DNA of 44,024 nucleotides from Nitrospirae bacterium CG2_30_53_67 (GTDB taxonomy: Bacteria > CG2-30-53-67), in assembly GCA_001873285.1 (NCBI GenBank), contig MNYV01000104.1:1-44024 (forward strand), given 5' to 3'. The translations under genes and the position numbers were made by a program. The notes below the pieces were generated by a model. The model saw only the letters and a program-made list of their open reading frames with translations, did no database searches and was not told where the DNA came from. The first letter of the stretch is position 1. Each line of letters begins with the position of its first letter. Positions 17,367-26,943 of this stretch are shown piece by piece.

Positions 17367-19403
17367 TTAAATCTCATGACGGTATCTTCTCTGAGCTTTC
17401 CCGCCCTTCCGGTCAGCCGGTTCCACCTCCGGATTCCGGATCGGCAGGAAAAGGTTGACCCGGGCGCCTTTCCCCTTGGCGCTTTCGATTCCGACCTCCC
17501 CCCCGTGTTCTTTGATGACCTTGTCCACAAAGGAGAGCCCCAGACCGGTCCCTCCCCTACGCGTGGTGTAAAAGGGCTCGAAAATATGAACCATCGCCTC
17601 TTTGCCGATGCCCACGCCTGTATCGGAAAAAATGATCTCTATAAACCCCTTTCTCTTTCGCGCCGTTTTTGCGGAAATCTCAAGCTCGCCTCCTTTGGGC
17701 ATAGCCTGGATGGCATTCAAAATGATGTTGAGAAAAACCTGCTTCATCTGCTTATGGCTGACCGGAATATCGGGAATGGATTTGGAAAACTCCTTCCGGA
17801 TGATGACGTTCTTTTCTTTGGCCTGATAACGGATAAACCGGAGGACCTGATTGAGCAGGATCCGGATGTCGATCGGGGTGGTGACCAGATGGGGGACATT
17901 GCTGTATGAAAGAAATTCCGTGGTCATGTCCGAGAGACGTTCGATTTCCTGTCCCACCACATTCAGTTTCTCGGCAATCTTTTCTTTCTCGGGGGTCTCT
18001 TTTTCCAGCTCTTTTTTTAAGAGCTCAAGGTAGATCACGATGGCGTTCAAGGGATTCTTGATTTCATGGGCCACGCCGGCAGCCACGGTTCCCATGACGG
18101 AGAACCTCTCCATCTGCATCAGCCTGGTGTGAGCCTTGTGGAGCTGGCGGTTGGAATCCACCAGTTGGAAAATCTTCTCCTGCAGAACGGAGTAGAGCTT
18201 GGAATTGGAGATGGCCGTTGCGGCCTGATGCGAAAAGATACTCAGCATCTGCAGGGTGTCTTTTTCTATTTTCTTTCTGGAAAAGCGGTTATCGGCGATG
18301 ATCACGCCGATGAGGGTTTCATTCTCAATTAGGGGGATGGCGACGAAACTCGTTGTATTTCCCATGGTCTTTCTCAAATCCGGATGGACCCGGTTCTTCT
18401 GCTCCCCCCGGTTCGCGACCACAACCGGCCCTTTCTCAAAGAGGGCGGCTACCGGAAATTTTTTCTTTTCCCGGGTCGGAAAGGAAAAAGACCGGGTGAG
18501 TTCATCGAACGGGGAGTTTCCTGTCTCGATCGGGATCCCCTGTTTTCGGATCTTCTCAAAGAGGCTCCTTTCGTCTTTTGCCGGCCGCTTCTTCTTCGTC
18601 ATCAGGGCCTCTTCCTGCGTAGAAGGCCCCACTCCCATTTTCCCTTCCAGATGAGTCATGTTCTCGTTTAAAAGTAGGAGCATGGCCCGGCTGAACCCGA
18701 ATCCCTGCGGCGCCGTGAGAGAGGTCAGGATGACAAAGAGCTTTTCATCCAGAGAAAGGGGGCTTTGCAGAATTTGATTCAGGTCATAAAGTGTGATCAG
18801 CTTTTCATTCTGCCTCTTGATGTGCCTGGTTGCCTCATCAATCTGCTGAAGAGTCCGGAGGTTCTCCGCCGAGGTCTCCGCAATCAGCTTCGCCATGGCC
18901 ACCAGAAGCTCCATGGTCTTGCTGACCTCTTCTTTGGAAACCGTATGAATCCCTTCTATGATTTTCTGAGGGATCGCCAGATCTAAAATGGCCTGGCGGA
19001 ACTTTTTCTGAGGAAACGGACTTCCATCATCGAGAAGCTGGCTCGTACAGCCGTTGAGCACCGCCACAATCCGGCTTTCAACCCAGACCGGGGCCGTGAC
19101 CTTGACCATCCCGGCATGGCAGGAGAAGATGGAGGACTTCCCTTCCTCCATCACGCGCTTGTGCCCCTTGTACAGGCTTTCCCTGCACCGGAAACTCCCT
19201 TCCTTGTGGTCCAGGACATACTTGCAGAATGGAGGACGGTCCGGGGGAGGGGACGTAAGAAAATTCCCTTCGGTGTCGAGAAGAAACAGGGTCTGCCCCA
19301 GGCCTAAGGATGCTTTTTTCAGGATCCTCTCGAAAGAAAGAAGATCCAAATCGTAGATGCTCCACTCTTCATTGTGCTTTTTCTTTTTCATCAGGGATAC
19401 CAC
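17367..19403 (-). CDS. PocR-GAF sensor histidine kinase (cytoplasmic)
   Basis: PocR cysteine pattern PFCKY..RC..CHAG, GAF region, H-box AHEIKNPL, NAIQA, DTGVGI, FEPFYTT and GTGLGL. Start 19403 (GTG) or 19391. Confidence 0.9.
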   Translation of the reverse strand: MVSLMKKKKHNEEWSIYDLDLLSFERILKKASLGLGQTLFLLDTEGNFLTSPPPDRPPFCKYVLDHKEGSFRCRESLYKGHKRVMEEGKSSIFSCHAGMVKVTAPVWVESRIVAVLNGCTSQLLDDGSPFPQKKFRQAILDLAIPQKIIEGIHTVSKEEVSKTMELLVAMAKLIAETSAENLRTLQQIDEATRHIKRQNEKLITLYDLNQILQSPLSLDEKLFVILTSLTAPQGFGFSRAMLLLLNENMTHLEGKMGVGPSTQEEALMTKKKRPAKDERSLFEKIRKQGIPIETGNSPFDELTRSFSFPTREKKKFPVAALFEKGPVVVANRGEQKNRVHPDLRKTMGNTTSFVAIPLIENETLIGVIIADNRFSRKKIEKDTLQMLSIFSHQAATAISNSKLYSVLQEKIFQLVDSNRQLHKAHTRLMQMERFSVMGTVAAGVAHEIKNPLNAIVIYLELLKKELEKETPEKEKIAEKLNVVGQEIERLSDMTTEFLSYSNVPHLVTTPIDIRILLNQVLRFIRYQAKEKNVIIRKEFSKSIPDIPVSHKQMKQVFLNIILNAIQAMPKGGELEISAKTARKRKGFIEIIFSDTGVGIGKEAMVHIFEPFYTTRRGGTGLGLSFVDKVIKEHGGEVGIESAKGKGARVNLFLPIRNPEVEPADRKGGKAQRRYRHEI

Positions 19404-19576
19404 CCATTCAAACGCCTTGAACGCTTTGAACCTTTCCCCTTTATGGTTTTTCTCCCATTTAGTGAGTAAAAAGGGTTACGCTTCACGTGCACCGCTTTTC
19501 TCTATTTTTGTCGTTAGATCCCGGCATCTCCTTGAATCTATTCTTGCCGGGCCGGGACCGTCTGCGACGGATACTA

Positions 19577-19736
19577 CACTGAGGTATCTTGGGGTCGAGG
19601 ATTCAAGGGGTCAAGGGGTCAAGTGAAATACTGAAACGCAAGCAAAATCTCCAGAGAAAAACACTGGAACCCTTGAACCCTATGACCCTCGGCCCCTTAT
19701 GTTTTTAGCATTTCACTTGACCCCTGAAACCCTTAT
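19577..19736 (-). repeat. 160 bp octamer-based MITE-like repeat, copy 1
   Basis: Reverse complement of 35859-36018 with 9 mismatches by my count. Built from AGGGGTCA-type 8-mers with internal inverted repeat GGGGTCAAGTGAAAT...ATTTCACTTGACCCC. Confidence 0.9.
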
Positions 19737-19771
19737 GTTTTCACTCACTATTTTGGAGATGATCCTCTATA

Positions 19772-21145
19772 TTATCCCACTTCATCATAATAACGCACAC
19801 GGAAGCCGGCCTTCAACTCTTCAAGAGCGATTTTCCGGCATGCCGGGATATCCACATCGGGAAGAGCAACAACGGTTACGTTGACCTCCGCCCCCTTTCC
19901 GGCCTCCAGAATAAACGCTTTGACCGCCCTGTAGGCGCCCGGTCCGAAAACCGGTTTGCAGATCGCAAGATACTTTTCCTCATTTTCCGCATTCAGGCTT
20001 ACGGAATAGACGTCCACCAGACCATTGAGTTCAGGAAGGATGTTTCGTTTGTGAATCAGATTTCCCTGGCCGTTGGTGTTGATGCGCACCCGTCCGCCAT
20101 GCTCCTTGATCCAAAGAGCCACCTCCTTGACCAGGTCGAGCCTCAGGAGCGGCTCCCCATATCCGCAAAAGACGACCTCCCGGTATCTTTTCGGATCGCC
20201 GATCGCCCGGATGACCTCGGGAGCAGACGGCTCCGTAGCCATCCTAAGATTGTGCCCCTTGACAAAGTCGCTGTAGAACCGGACACAGAACCCGCAGGTG
20301 TTGGTGCACCGGTTGGTCACGTTGAGATACAGGGACTCCCGGATCTGATAGGCGATCTTTCCGGGAGTTTCCATGGAACCCAGGGACAAGATCTGCATGG
20401 CGTTGTGACTCGTAATCCGGCTGATATCCTCGAAGCTCAAACCCTTGACCTCGGCAAGGGTCTCGGCCACGAACCTGACATAGGACGGCTCATTGCGCTT
20501 TCCGCGGACCTGCTGGGGCGCGAGGTAGGGGGAATCAGTCTCAATCAGGATTCTCTCGATGGGGACGGCCCTTGCCGTCTCGCGCAGGGATGCGGCGTTT
20601 CTGAAGGTCAGAGAGCCGGAAAAGGAGATAAAGAATCCCAGGGAGATGGCCGTTCGGGCCGTCTCGATGCCTCCGGAAAAGCAGTGAATCACCCCTCTGA
20701 CTTCATCCGCTTTTTCCTCCCTCAGAATCTTGAGGATATCCTCATCCGCCTCCCTCCCGTGGACCATGATCGGGAGGCCCGCCTCCCGGGCAATCCGAAT
20801 CTGCCGGCGGAAGGCCTCCTGCTGTACTGGGACCGGTGAATGCTGGTAGTGATAATCCAGGCCGATCTCCCCGATGGCCGCCACCTTGGGATCATGGCTC
20901 AACTCCTGCAATGCCCTGGCAGATTCATCGGAAAAAGAAGAGGCCTCATGGGGATGAACGCCGATGGCAGCAGAGATGCCGTAGTCTTCGTGCCGTCTTA
21001 CGAACTCAATGACCGAAGGTCCTTCCTCCACGGCGCCCACGGTCAGGATATAACCGACTCCGGCCTCCCGGGCCCGATGGAGCACCTCTTCCCGGTCTTC
21101 GTCAAATTGCGGCATGGTCAGATGTGCATGAGAATCAATCAGCAT
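19772..21145 (-). CDS. tatD: TatD family hydrolase fused to TatD-associated radical SAM domain
   Basis: IDSHAHL, GVHPH, IGEIGLDY, HCFSG and ETDSPYL; C-terminal CTNTCGFC and FCGYGEP. Confidence 0.92.
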   Translation of the reverse strand: MLIDSHAHLTMPQFDEDREEVLHRAREAGVGYILTVGAVEEGPSVIEFVRRHEDYGISAAIGVHPHEASSFSDESARALQELSHDPKVAAIGEIGLDYHYQHSPVPVQQEAFRRQIRIAREAGLPIMVHGREADEDILKILREEKADEVRGVIHCFSGGIETARTAISLGFFISFSGSLTFRNAASLRETARAVPIERILIETDSPYLAPQQVRGKRNEPSYVRFVAETLAEVKGLSFEDISRITSHNAMQILSLGSMETPGKIAYQIRESLYLNVTNRCTNTCGFCVRFYSDFVKGHNLRMATEPSAPEVIRAIGDPKRYREVVFCGYGEPLLRLDLVKEVALWIKEHGGRVRINTNGQGNLIHKRNILPELNGLVDVYSVSLNAENEEKYLAICKPVFGPGAYRAVKAFILEAGKGAEVNVTVVALPDVDIPACRKIALEELKAGFRVRYYDEVG

Positions 21146-23064
21146 TACCTGATCCTCTTCCCCGGATCCACTTCGCCGTCAAAACCTAAAAGGACCAGTC
21201 CCTTTCCCCCTTCAACCGCCAGGACCATGCCGCAGGATTCGACCCCCATGAGCCGGGTCGGTTTCAGGTTGGCCAGCACAACCACCTTTTTGCCCAAGAG
21301 AACAGAAGGGGCGTAGGATTGGGCAATTCCGGCGACCACCTGCCGGGGCTCAGCCTCTCCGATATCCACCTGAAGCCTGATCAGGCGGTCTGACTTCGGA
21401 ACCGCCTCAGCCTGACGGATCACCCCGGCGCGGAGGTCAAGGCGGGCAAAGTCCTGGATCGTGATCTCCTCTCCGGCTTTCTGTTCCGCCTCAGCCTTGT
21501 GCGAAGATTCTTTCTTTTCCACCGAGGCCCTTTCCGGTTTTTTAACCTGAGACTTCTGTTCCATCCTTGGGAAGAGCGGTTCAGAAATTCCGATCCGGCG
21601 CCCTTTTGGGGTCTTGCCCCAAACCAGAAACTCCCGCCGGCGCCACCCTTGAGCAAGGCCCAGAATGGATGCGGCCTTTTCCCCGGTCTCAGGCATAAAG
21701 GGTGAGATCAGCAGGGTGACGATCCGGAGCGTCTCCACAAGATCGTACATGACATCCTGAAGCATCCCTGCCTGAGAGGGCTCCTTGGCCAGGGTCCACG
21801 GGGCCTTCCGGTCCACGAAGCGATTGGCGGCATTGATCAGCCCCCAGATCTCCTGCAGGACCCGGCTGAACGCCAGGTCTTCCATGTAACGGTCCACATC
21901 CTGAATCACGGCCTCGGCCTTGACTTTAAGTTCGCCGCCGCCGGTCGGCGCAGGGGTGATCCCGCCGCAGTATTTGGCAAGCATGGCGGTCACGCGGCTG
22001 AAGAGGTTTCCGAGATCATTGGCCAGATCGCTGTTGAAGCGGACCACCAGGGCGCTCTCGGAAAAATCCCCATCCTGGCCGAAGGGGACCTCACGGAGAA
22101 GAAAATACCGGAAGGGATCAGATCCATACCGGTCCGTCATGACCGAAGGATCCACGACATTCCCTTTGGACTTGGACATCTTTTCCCCGTCCATGGTCCA
22201 CCATCCGTGGCTGAAAACCCTTTTCGGAAGGGGAAGGTCTGCGGCCATGAGAAAGGCGGGCCAATAGACCGCGTGAAACCTCAGGATGTCCTTGCCGATG
22301 ATATGGATATCCGCCGGCCAGAAGGACCGGAAACGTTCCGAATCCTCCGGGTACCCCAGGGCGGAAAGATAATTGGTCAAAGCATCGAACCAGACATAGA
22401 CCACATGCCGGGGATTTCCGGGGACCGGAATGCCCCAGGAAAACGTCGTCCGGCTGATGCTGAGGTCCCGGAGCCCGCCCCGGACAAACTGAACAATTTC
22501 GTTTCTGCGGCTTGCCGGCTGGATGAAATCAGGATGCTCTTCAATATGTTTCAAGAGCCTATCCCCGTAGCGGGACATCCGGAAGAAATAGCTCTCCTCC
22601 TTGAGCCGTTCCGGGGCCCTGCCGCAGTCCGGGCACTTCCCGTTCATGAGCTGCATTTCGGTCAGGAAGGTCTCGCATGGGGTACAGTACCAGTCTTCAT
22701 ATTCTCCCAGGTAGATATCCCCTTTGTCCGCGACCGTGGTCCAAAGCGTCTGCACGGCCTTCTGATGGCGGGACTCGGTGGTTCGGATGAAATCCTGATT
22801 GGAGATGTGGAGCTTCTTCCAGAGATTCTGGAACCGGCCCACCACCCGGTCGGCCAGCTCGGAAGGTGTCATCCCTTGCGCCGCGGCGGTCTTCTCCACC
22901 TTCTGGCCGTGCTCATCGGTCCCTGTAAGAAAAAAGACCCGGTCTCCCATCATCCTCCGGTACCGGGCTTCTGCATCAGCCGCCACCGTGGTATACGCAT
23001 GCCCGATATGGGGAACATCATTGACATAATAGATCGGCGTGGTAATGTAAAAACTCTTGGTCAT
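21145..23064 (-). CDS. metG: Methionine--tRNA ligase with C-terminal tRNA-binding domain
   Basis: YITTPIYY, HIGH, KMSKS and OB-fold tail. Start ATG 23064 with GAGGAG RBS. Confidence 0.97.
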   Translation of the reverse strand: MTKSFYITTPIYYVNDVPHIGHAYTTVAADAEARYRRMMGDRVFFLTGTDEHGQKVEKTAAAQGMTPSELADRVVGRFQNLWKKLHISNQDFIRTTESRHQKAVQTLWTTVADKGDIYLGEYEDWYCTPCETFLTEMQLMNGKCPDCGRAPERLKEESYFFRMSRYGDRLLKHIEEHPDFIQPASRRNEIVQFVRGGLRDLSISRTTFSWGIPVPGNPRHVVYVWFDALTNYLSALGYPEDSERFRSFWPADIHIIGKDILRFHAVYWPAFLMAADLPLPKRVFSHGWWTMDGEKMSKSKGNVVDPSVMTDRYGSDPFRYFLLREVPFGQDGDFSESALVVRFNSDLANDLGNLFSRVTAMLAKYCGGITPAPTGGGELKVKAEAVIQDVDRYMEDLAFSRVLQEIWGLINAANRFVDRKAPWTLAKEPSQAGMLQDVMYDLVETLRIVTLLISPFMPETGEKAASILGLAQGWRRREFLVWGKTPKGRRIGISEPLFPRMEQKSQVKKPERASVEKKESSHKAEAEQKAGEEITIQDFARLDLRAGVIRQAEAVPKSDRLIRLQVDIGEAEPRQVVAGIAQSYAPSVLLGKKVVVLANLKPTRLMGVESCGMVLAVEGGKGLVLLGFDGEVDPGKRIR

Positions 23065-23102
23065 GGCCGATGACTCCTCATCCATGGATCAACGGTTTTA
23101 TC

Positions 23103-24272
23103 TTATTTGTTTTCGGAGCCGTTGGGTGATGAACCTGGGGTTTTACCCCTGGAATTCCCATGGCGCCTGCGCCTGCGCCTCCGTCTTCTCTCGGTTCCCT
23201 GCGGGCCCTGGGCCACACCGGCGATCTTTTTGATCTTGCTCAAAAGCCCTTCTTTCCGGACTTCCTGTCTCTCCTGCTCTCTGGGCGGCGAGGGCGGCGC
23301 GGCGAGAGGACGCTCTTTCTGCCTGGGGGAAAAGAGAGGTTCTCTCCGCATCCCCTTTGCATCCGCCGCATCCTGCGGCAAGGCCTGATCCGATGGTTCC
23401 GGCGCAGGCTTCTCCTCAAGCGGGAGCCCCTGCCTCAGCCGGGTCAGGTCCGGCTCAAAAATTTCAATCTGCTTTCCATCCTTCACCTGAACCGTAATCG
23501 AATCCTTCTGTAAATTGTGGGAATAAACCCTGCCCGGCCCCTCTCGGATCATGATGGTCTTCCCGATCTTGGGAAGACCTTTTCTGAAACGGCAATAGCC
23601 CGCGTTTTCATAACTCAGACAGCACATCAGACGTCCGCAGGCGCCGGAGATCTTGGCCGGGTTCAGGGTCAGATTCTGCTGTTTGGCCATCTTGATGGAA
23701 ACAGGATCGAACTCCCTCACAAAGGTCTTGCAGCAGAACTCCCTGCCGCAGGTCCCCAACCCTCCGATCATCTTGGCTTCATCGCGCACCCCGATCTGGC
23801 GCATTTCAATTCGTGTACGGACTCGGGATGCAAGGTCCTTGACCAGATCCCTGAAGTCCACCCGGCCGTCCGCGGTAAAGTAGAAGATCACCTTGGACCG
23901 GTCAAAAAGGTATTCCACGTCCACCAGCTTCATCTGCATGCCTCGGGACTCAATCCTCTCGTAACAGAATTTTTTGATTTCCTGTTCCAGGACGCGGTTT
24001 TTTCGCAAGGTTTCAAGATCCTCTTGGGTCACCGACCGAAGCACCTTTTTCAACGGCTCCTTGAGATAATCCAGGCTCACCTGCTGGCGGCTTCCGGCGA
24101 CCATGCCGCAGACCAGCCCGCTTGCGGTCTCGACAATCACCAGATCCCCAACCCGGAGATCCAGATCTCCCGGATCAAAGTTATAAAGCTTGCCTCCGCT
24201 TCTGAACCTGATCCCGATAAATTTCGCCATATACTCCTGAGAAGGCCCTGCCTGCGGCTGGTTCTCTTCCAT
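23103..24272 (-). CDS. ricT: PSP1/RicT (YaaT) family protein with low-complexity basic tail
   Basis: FTADGRVDFRDLVKDLA, RIEMRQIGVRDEA, CGREFCC and CGRLMCCL; holB-ricT-metG synteny. Confidence 0.9.
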   Translation of the reverse strand: MEENQPQAGPSQEYMAKFIGIRFRSGGKLYNFDPGDLDLRVGDLVIVETASGLVCGMVAGSRQQVSLDYLKEPLKKVLRSVTQEDLETLRKNRVLEQEIKKFCYERIESRGMQMKLVDVEYLFDRSKVIFYFTADGRVDFRDLVKDLASRVRTRIEMRQIGVRDEAKMIGGLGTCGREFCCKTFVREFDPVSIKMAKQQNLTLNPAKISGACGRLMCCLSYENAGYCRFRKGLPKIGKTIMIREGPGRVYSHNLQKDSITVQVKDGKQIEIFEPDLTRLRQGLPLEEKPAPEPSDQALPQDAADAKGMRREPLFSPRQKERPLAAPPSPPREQERQEVRKEGLLSKIKKIAGVAQGPQGTERRRRRRRRRHGNSRGKTPGSSPNGSENK

Positions 24273-24345
24273 GTCTTTATTCCTTATCAGATTTGTTCGA
24301 TGTTCCTTTATACTGAAGGAACATCGTATTTACGAACAGGACCAC

Positions 24346-25350
24346 TCAGCCCGCGGTCTCTTTGCCCATCCCGATCAGGGCCGCTTCCAGGGCGAACCTC
24401 TGGTTGACATTCATTCGGAGCCTCCGGATGGCCTCCTCCAGAATGTCCGCATGATTCAGGAGTGCAGCTATATCCTTGTGCCGGGATTCCTCGAGCAGCT
24501 CCGTTATCTTATCCGCATGGGTCAGCATCCCTTTTTCCCCTCTCAATTTTATGGAAATAAGATCCCGGTTCCACGATGCAAGGAACTCCAAAAATTCGAT
24601 GGAATCATCGGTGTTCTTTGAAAAACTCTCGGAAACCTCAAAGATAGACCCTATGTTCCCAAGGTCCCACTTTTGAATCCTCTCCATGAAACGGTCTCTT
24701 TGAGAAAGAAGGTCCTTCTCTGCGACGTTCAATACCCTCCCCAGGCTCCCCTGCGAAACCCTTGCCATGACCTTGGCCTTGTCTTTGGACAGGCCCATCT
24801 TCCGGATCAGGATCTCCTCCACGGAATCGGTGGACAAGGGTTTGAAGCGAACCGTTCTGCATCGGGATAGAACCGTGGAGGGAAGAAGGTCCGGAAATGA
24901 GGTGATCAGGATCAGGAACGAGTCCGGAGGAGGCTCTTCCAGGGTTTTCAGGAGGGCATTGGCCGCCTGGTCCACCATCCGGTCCGCATCATCTATCATA
25001 AAGACCTTCTTCTCCCCTTCCATGGGGCGCAGGGAGATCCCGGCCTGGAGGTCACGGATCTGATCAATATAAATTTTCTCTGTAGCCCCCTTGGTCCTGG
25101 CCTCAGGAACATAGAGCCGGACATCCGGGTGTACTCCGTGACTGATCTTCCGGCAGGAAAGACATTCACCGCAGGAGTCGCCGCGGACCCGGCCGCATTC
25201 AACCGCCATGGCGAAGGCAAGGGCCGTCTGTTTCTTGCCGATGCATCCCATGCCGCTGAAGAGATAGGCATGTGAGATCCGGCCATTCGACAGCTCTCGT
25301 CCTAAAATCTCCACCGCGCCTTCCTGACCGATGATATCTGAAAACGGCAT
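24346..25350 (-). CDS. holB: DNA polymerase III delta prime subunit
   Basis: SHAYLFSG, CGECLSC..HPDV, AANALLKTLEEPP and TVLSRC. Start ATG 25350. Confidence 0.94.
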   Translation of the reverse strand: MPFSDIIGQEGAVEILGRELSNGRISHAYLFSGMGCIGKKQTALAFAMAVECGRVRGDSCGECLSCRKISHGVHPDVRLYVPEARTKGATEKIYIDQIRDLQAGISLRPMEGEKKVFMIDDADRMVDQAANALLKTLEEPPPDSFLILITSFPDLLPSTVLSRCRTVRFKPLSTDSVEEILIRKMGLSKDKAKVMARVSQGSLGRVLNVAEKDLLSQRDRFMERIQKWDLGNIGSIFEVSESFSKNTDDSIEFLEFLASWNRDLISIKLRGEKGMLTHADKITELLEESRHKDIAALLNHADILEEAIRRLRMNVNQRFALEAALIGMGKETAG

Positions 25351-25407
25351 CTCCTGCTCCTTCAACCCATCTATTCAAAACAGATCGGCCGCTAAGACAC
25401 GAATAAA

Positions 25408-25463
25408 TTGAAAATTAAAGATCAAAGATAAAAAATCAAAATGGCAAATCAAAACATAAAAGA
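25408..25463. repeat. Degenerate A-rich heptamer tandem repeat
   Basis: TTGAAAA TTAAAGA TCAAAGA TAAAAAA TCAAAA... between tmk and holB. Confidence 0.5.
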
Positions 25464-25473
25464 TGATTCTCTC

Positions 25474-26124
25474 TTACAGAAGCGGCTCCATCAGGGAAAG
25501 GATCTGCCGGTGGGATGCCTCCGGACTCAGGCGCCCGTCAATCACCTTGAAGCGCTCCGGCTCCAGTTCGGCCAGATGCAGATAGCCCGTCCGGACACGG
25601 TTGTGAAAATCAACAGCCTCTTCTTCGAACCGCCCCTCTGAATGACCGATGCCCTGGTCCTTGTTTCTCTTCCTTGCCCTTTCAAGACCGATCTCGACAG
25701 GGATATCGATCAGGAGGGTCAGATCCGGCTTGAGCCCATCCGTCGCAATCTGATTCAGTCTTAGAATATGGGACCGATTGAGCCCCCTGCCATCCCCCTG
25801 ATAGGCAACCGTTGCATCCATAAACCGGTCGCAGACAACGAGAAGGCCTTGATTCAGGGCGGGAAGGATCCGGCGGGCAACGTGCTGGGCCCGGTCCGCA
25901 ATATACAGGAGAAGTTCCGCCATATCCGAAAGATCGGTATTTTGCGGGTCCATGAGGATCTTCCGGATCTGCTCGCCGATCCGGGTCCCTCCGGGCTCAC
26001 GGGTCCGGATGTATGCCTTTCCCCGGGAGTCCAGCTCATGACAGATCAGATTCATCTGAGTGGTCTTGCCGCACCCCTCGACCCCTTCAAACGTGATCAA
26101 CTTCCCTTTCATAGACCTTTTCAT
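25474..26124 (-). CDS. tmk: Thymidylate kinase
   Basis: ITFEGVEGCGKTTQ, TREPGGT, DRF..ATVAYQG and PDLT. Start 26124 (or 26112), not 26337. Confidence 0.95.
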   Translation of the reverse strand: MKRSMKGKLITFEGVEGCGKTTQMNLICHELDSRGKAYIRTREPGGTRIGEQIRKILMDPQNTDLSDMAELLLYIADRAQHVARRILPALNQGLLVVCDRFMDATVAYQGDGRGLNRSHILRLNQIATDGLKPDLTLLIDIPVEIGLERARKRNKDQGIGHSEGRFEEEAVDFHNRVRTGYLHLAELEPERFKVIDGRLSPEASHRQILSLMEPLL

Positions 26125-26142
26125 GTCCTGTCCCTCACGGGC

Positions 26143-26171
26143 AGTATAAGCAAAACACCGGGAAAATTCAA
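26143..26171 (-). promoter_or_regulatory. sigma70 promoter for tmk operon
   Basis: Minus strand TTGAAT-17 bp-TATACT. Confidence 0.65.
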
Positions 26172-26326
26172 GGGAAATGGTTCGATCGAAGGGGTCTGCG
26201 ACAAGACTGATGGTTCTTTGCCTGGGAAATCCAGATAATTTTTCTTGATACTTTATCCCTGCTGAGGTAGGATTGCTCATCCTTTCGTGGGCGGACGTGT
26301 GCATAAAGCGAACGCTGGACTTAGGT

Positions 26327-26509
26327 ATGAAATACATAAACGGACAGAAGGAATTTGTTGTTCTGTCTTGGGATGATTACATGAGGATTCAAGAAATGCT
26401 TGAGGATTATGAAGATTTGAAGGAGCTCAGAAGAGCGAAGGAAGAAGCCAAGGGACAAAAGTCCATCGCCTTTGAAAAGGCGGTCAAATCTCTGAAGCTA
26501 AAGAAATAG
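26327..26509 (+). CDS. Small type II antitoxin-like protein, orphan and possibly 5' truncated
   Basis: GQKEFVVLSWDDY..IQEMLEDYEDLKELRRAKEE pattern typical of Phd/RelB-like antitoxins. No toxin adjacent. Confidence 0.6.
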   Translation: MKYINGQKEFVVLSWDDYMRIQEMLEDYEDLKELRRAKEEAKGQKSIAFEKAVKSLKLKK

Positions 26510-26578
26510 GCTGAGCACCGCGCTGCACCTGCCCTGTGGGTTCGTTTTGCATCCCGCAGGGGAGCGATGACGTTGTGA
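26510..26578 (+). other. Degenerate integron attC-like site
   Basis: GCTGAGC-5 bp-GCTGCACC ... GGGGAGC-6 bp-GTTGTGA spacing with an extrahelical G, directly after the antitoxin stop. Confidence 0.5.
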
Positions 26579-26849
26579 TTGAAGAACAAGTGGAATATGG
26601 AAACTGCCCAGAGGGGGCTCATGAGAAAGAACGCGTGGAGAGAGAACAAGCGTAATTGGTATTTGAAGATGACCCTCGGAAGTTTCCTTGGACTTAAACT
26701 TTTTACTACCGACGGTCACTATCGGAACATACCCAAGATTATCGTCCACTGGTGCAACCCGTTAGAGCGCCCTCCGTGTCCCGTCTTCACTATGTTTCGA
26801 AGCACTCAAGTTCATCAAATGCAAACAAAATAGACCCTCGTCGGCTCCC

Positions 26850-26921
26850 CACATCGCCGTGCTGCGCGGTACCGACGTGAACCAGCCCAGGAACATGGCC
26901 AAGAGCGTGATCGTGGAGTGA
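26850..26921 (+). pseudogene. glmS: Isolated glmS 3'-end fragment (attTn7-like TnsD recognition region)
   Basis: Encodes [23 protein letters not shown], versus native [23 protein letters not shown] (37790-37861). 58/72 nt identical. Confidence 0.92.
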
Positions 26922-26943
26922 TTATTCCGCCTCAAAGATCTCA

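Noticed and set aside
22207..24407. Long plus-strand ORFs (288 aa, 296 aa)
   Set aside because: Antisense shadows of metG and ricT with no motifs.
25408..25463. Four-helix-bundle gene cassette
   Set aside because: Only a short heptamer array is present, with no ORF.
26125..26337. N-terminal extension of Tmk
   Set aside because: Runs through the predicted promoter and into the antitoxin gene; RBS and homology start at 26124.
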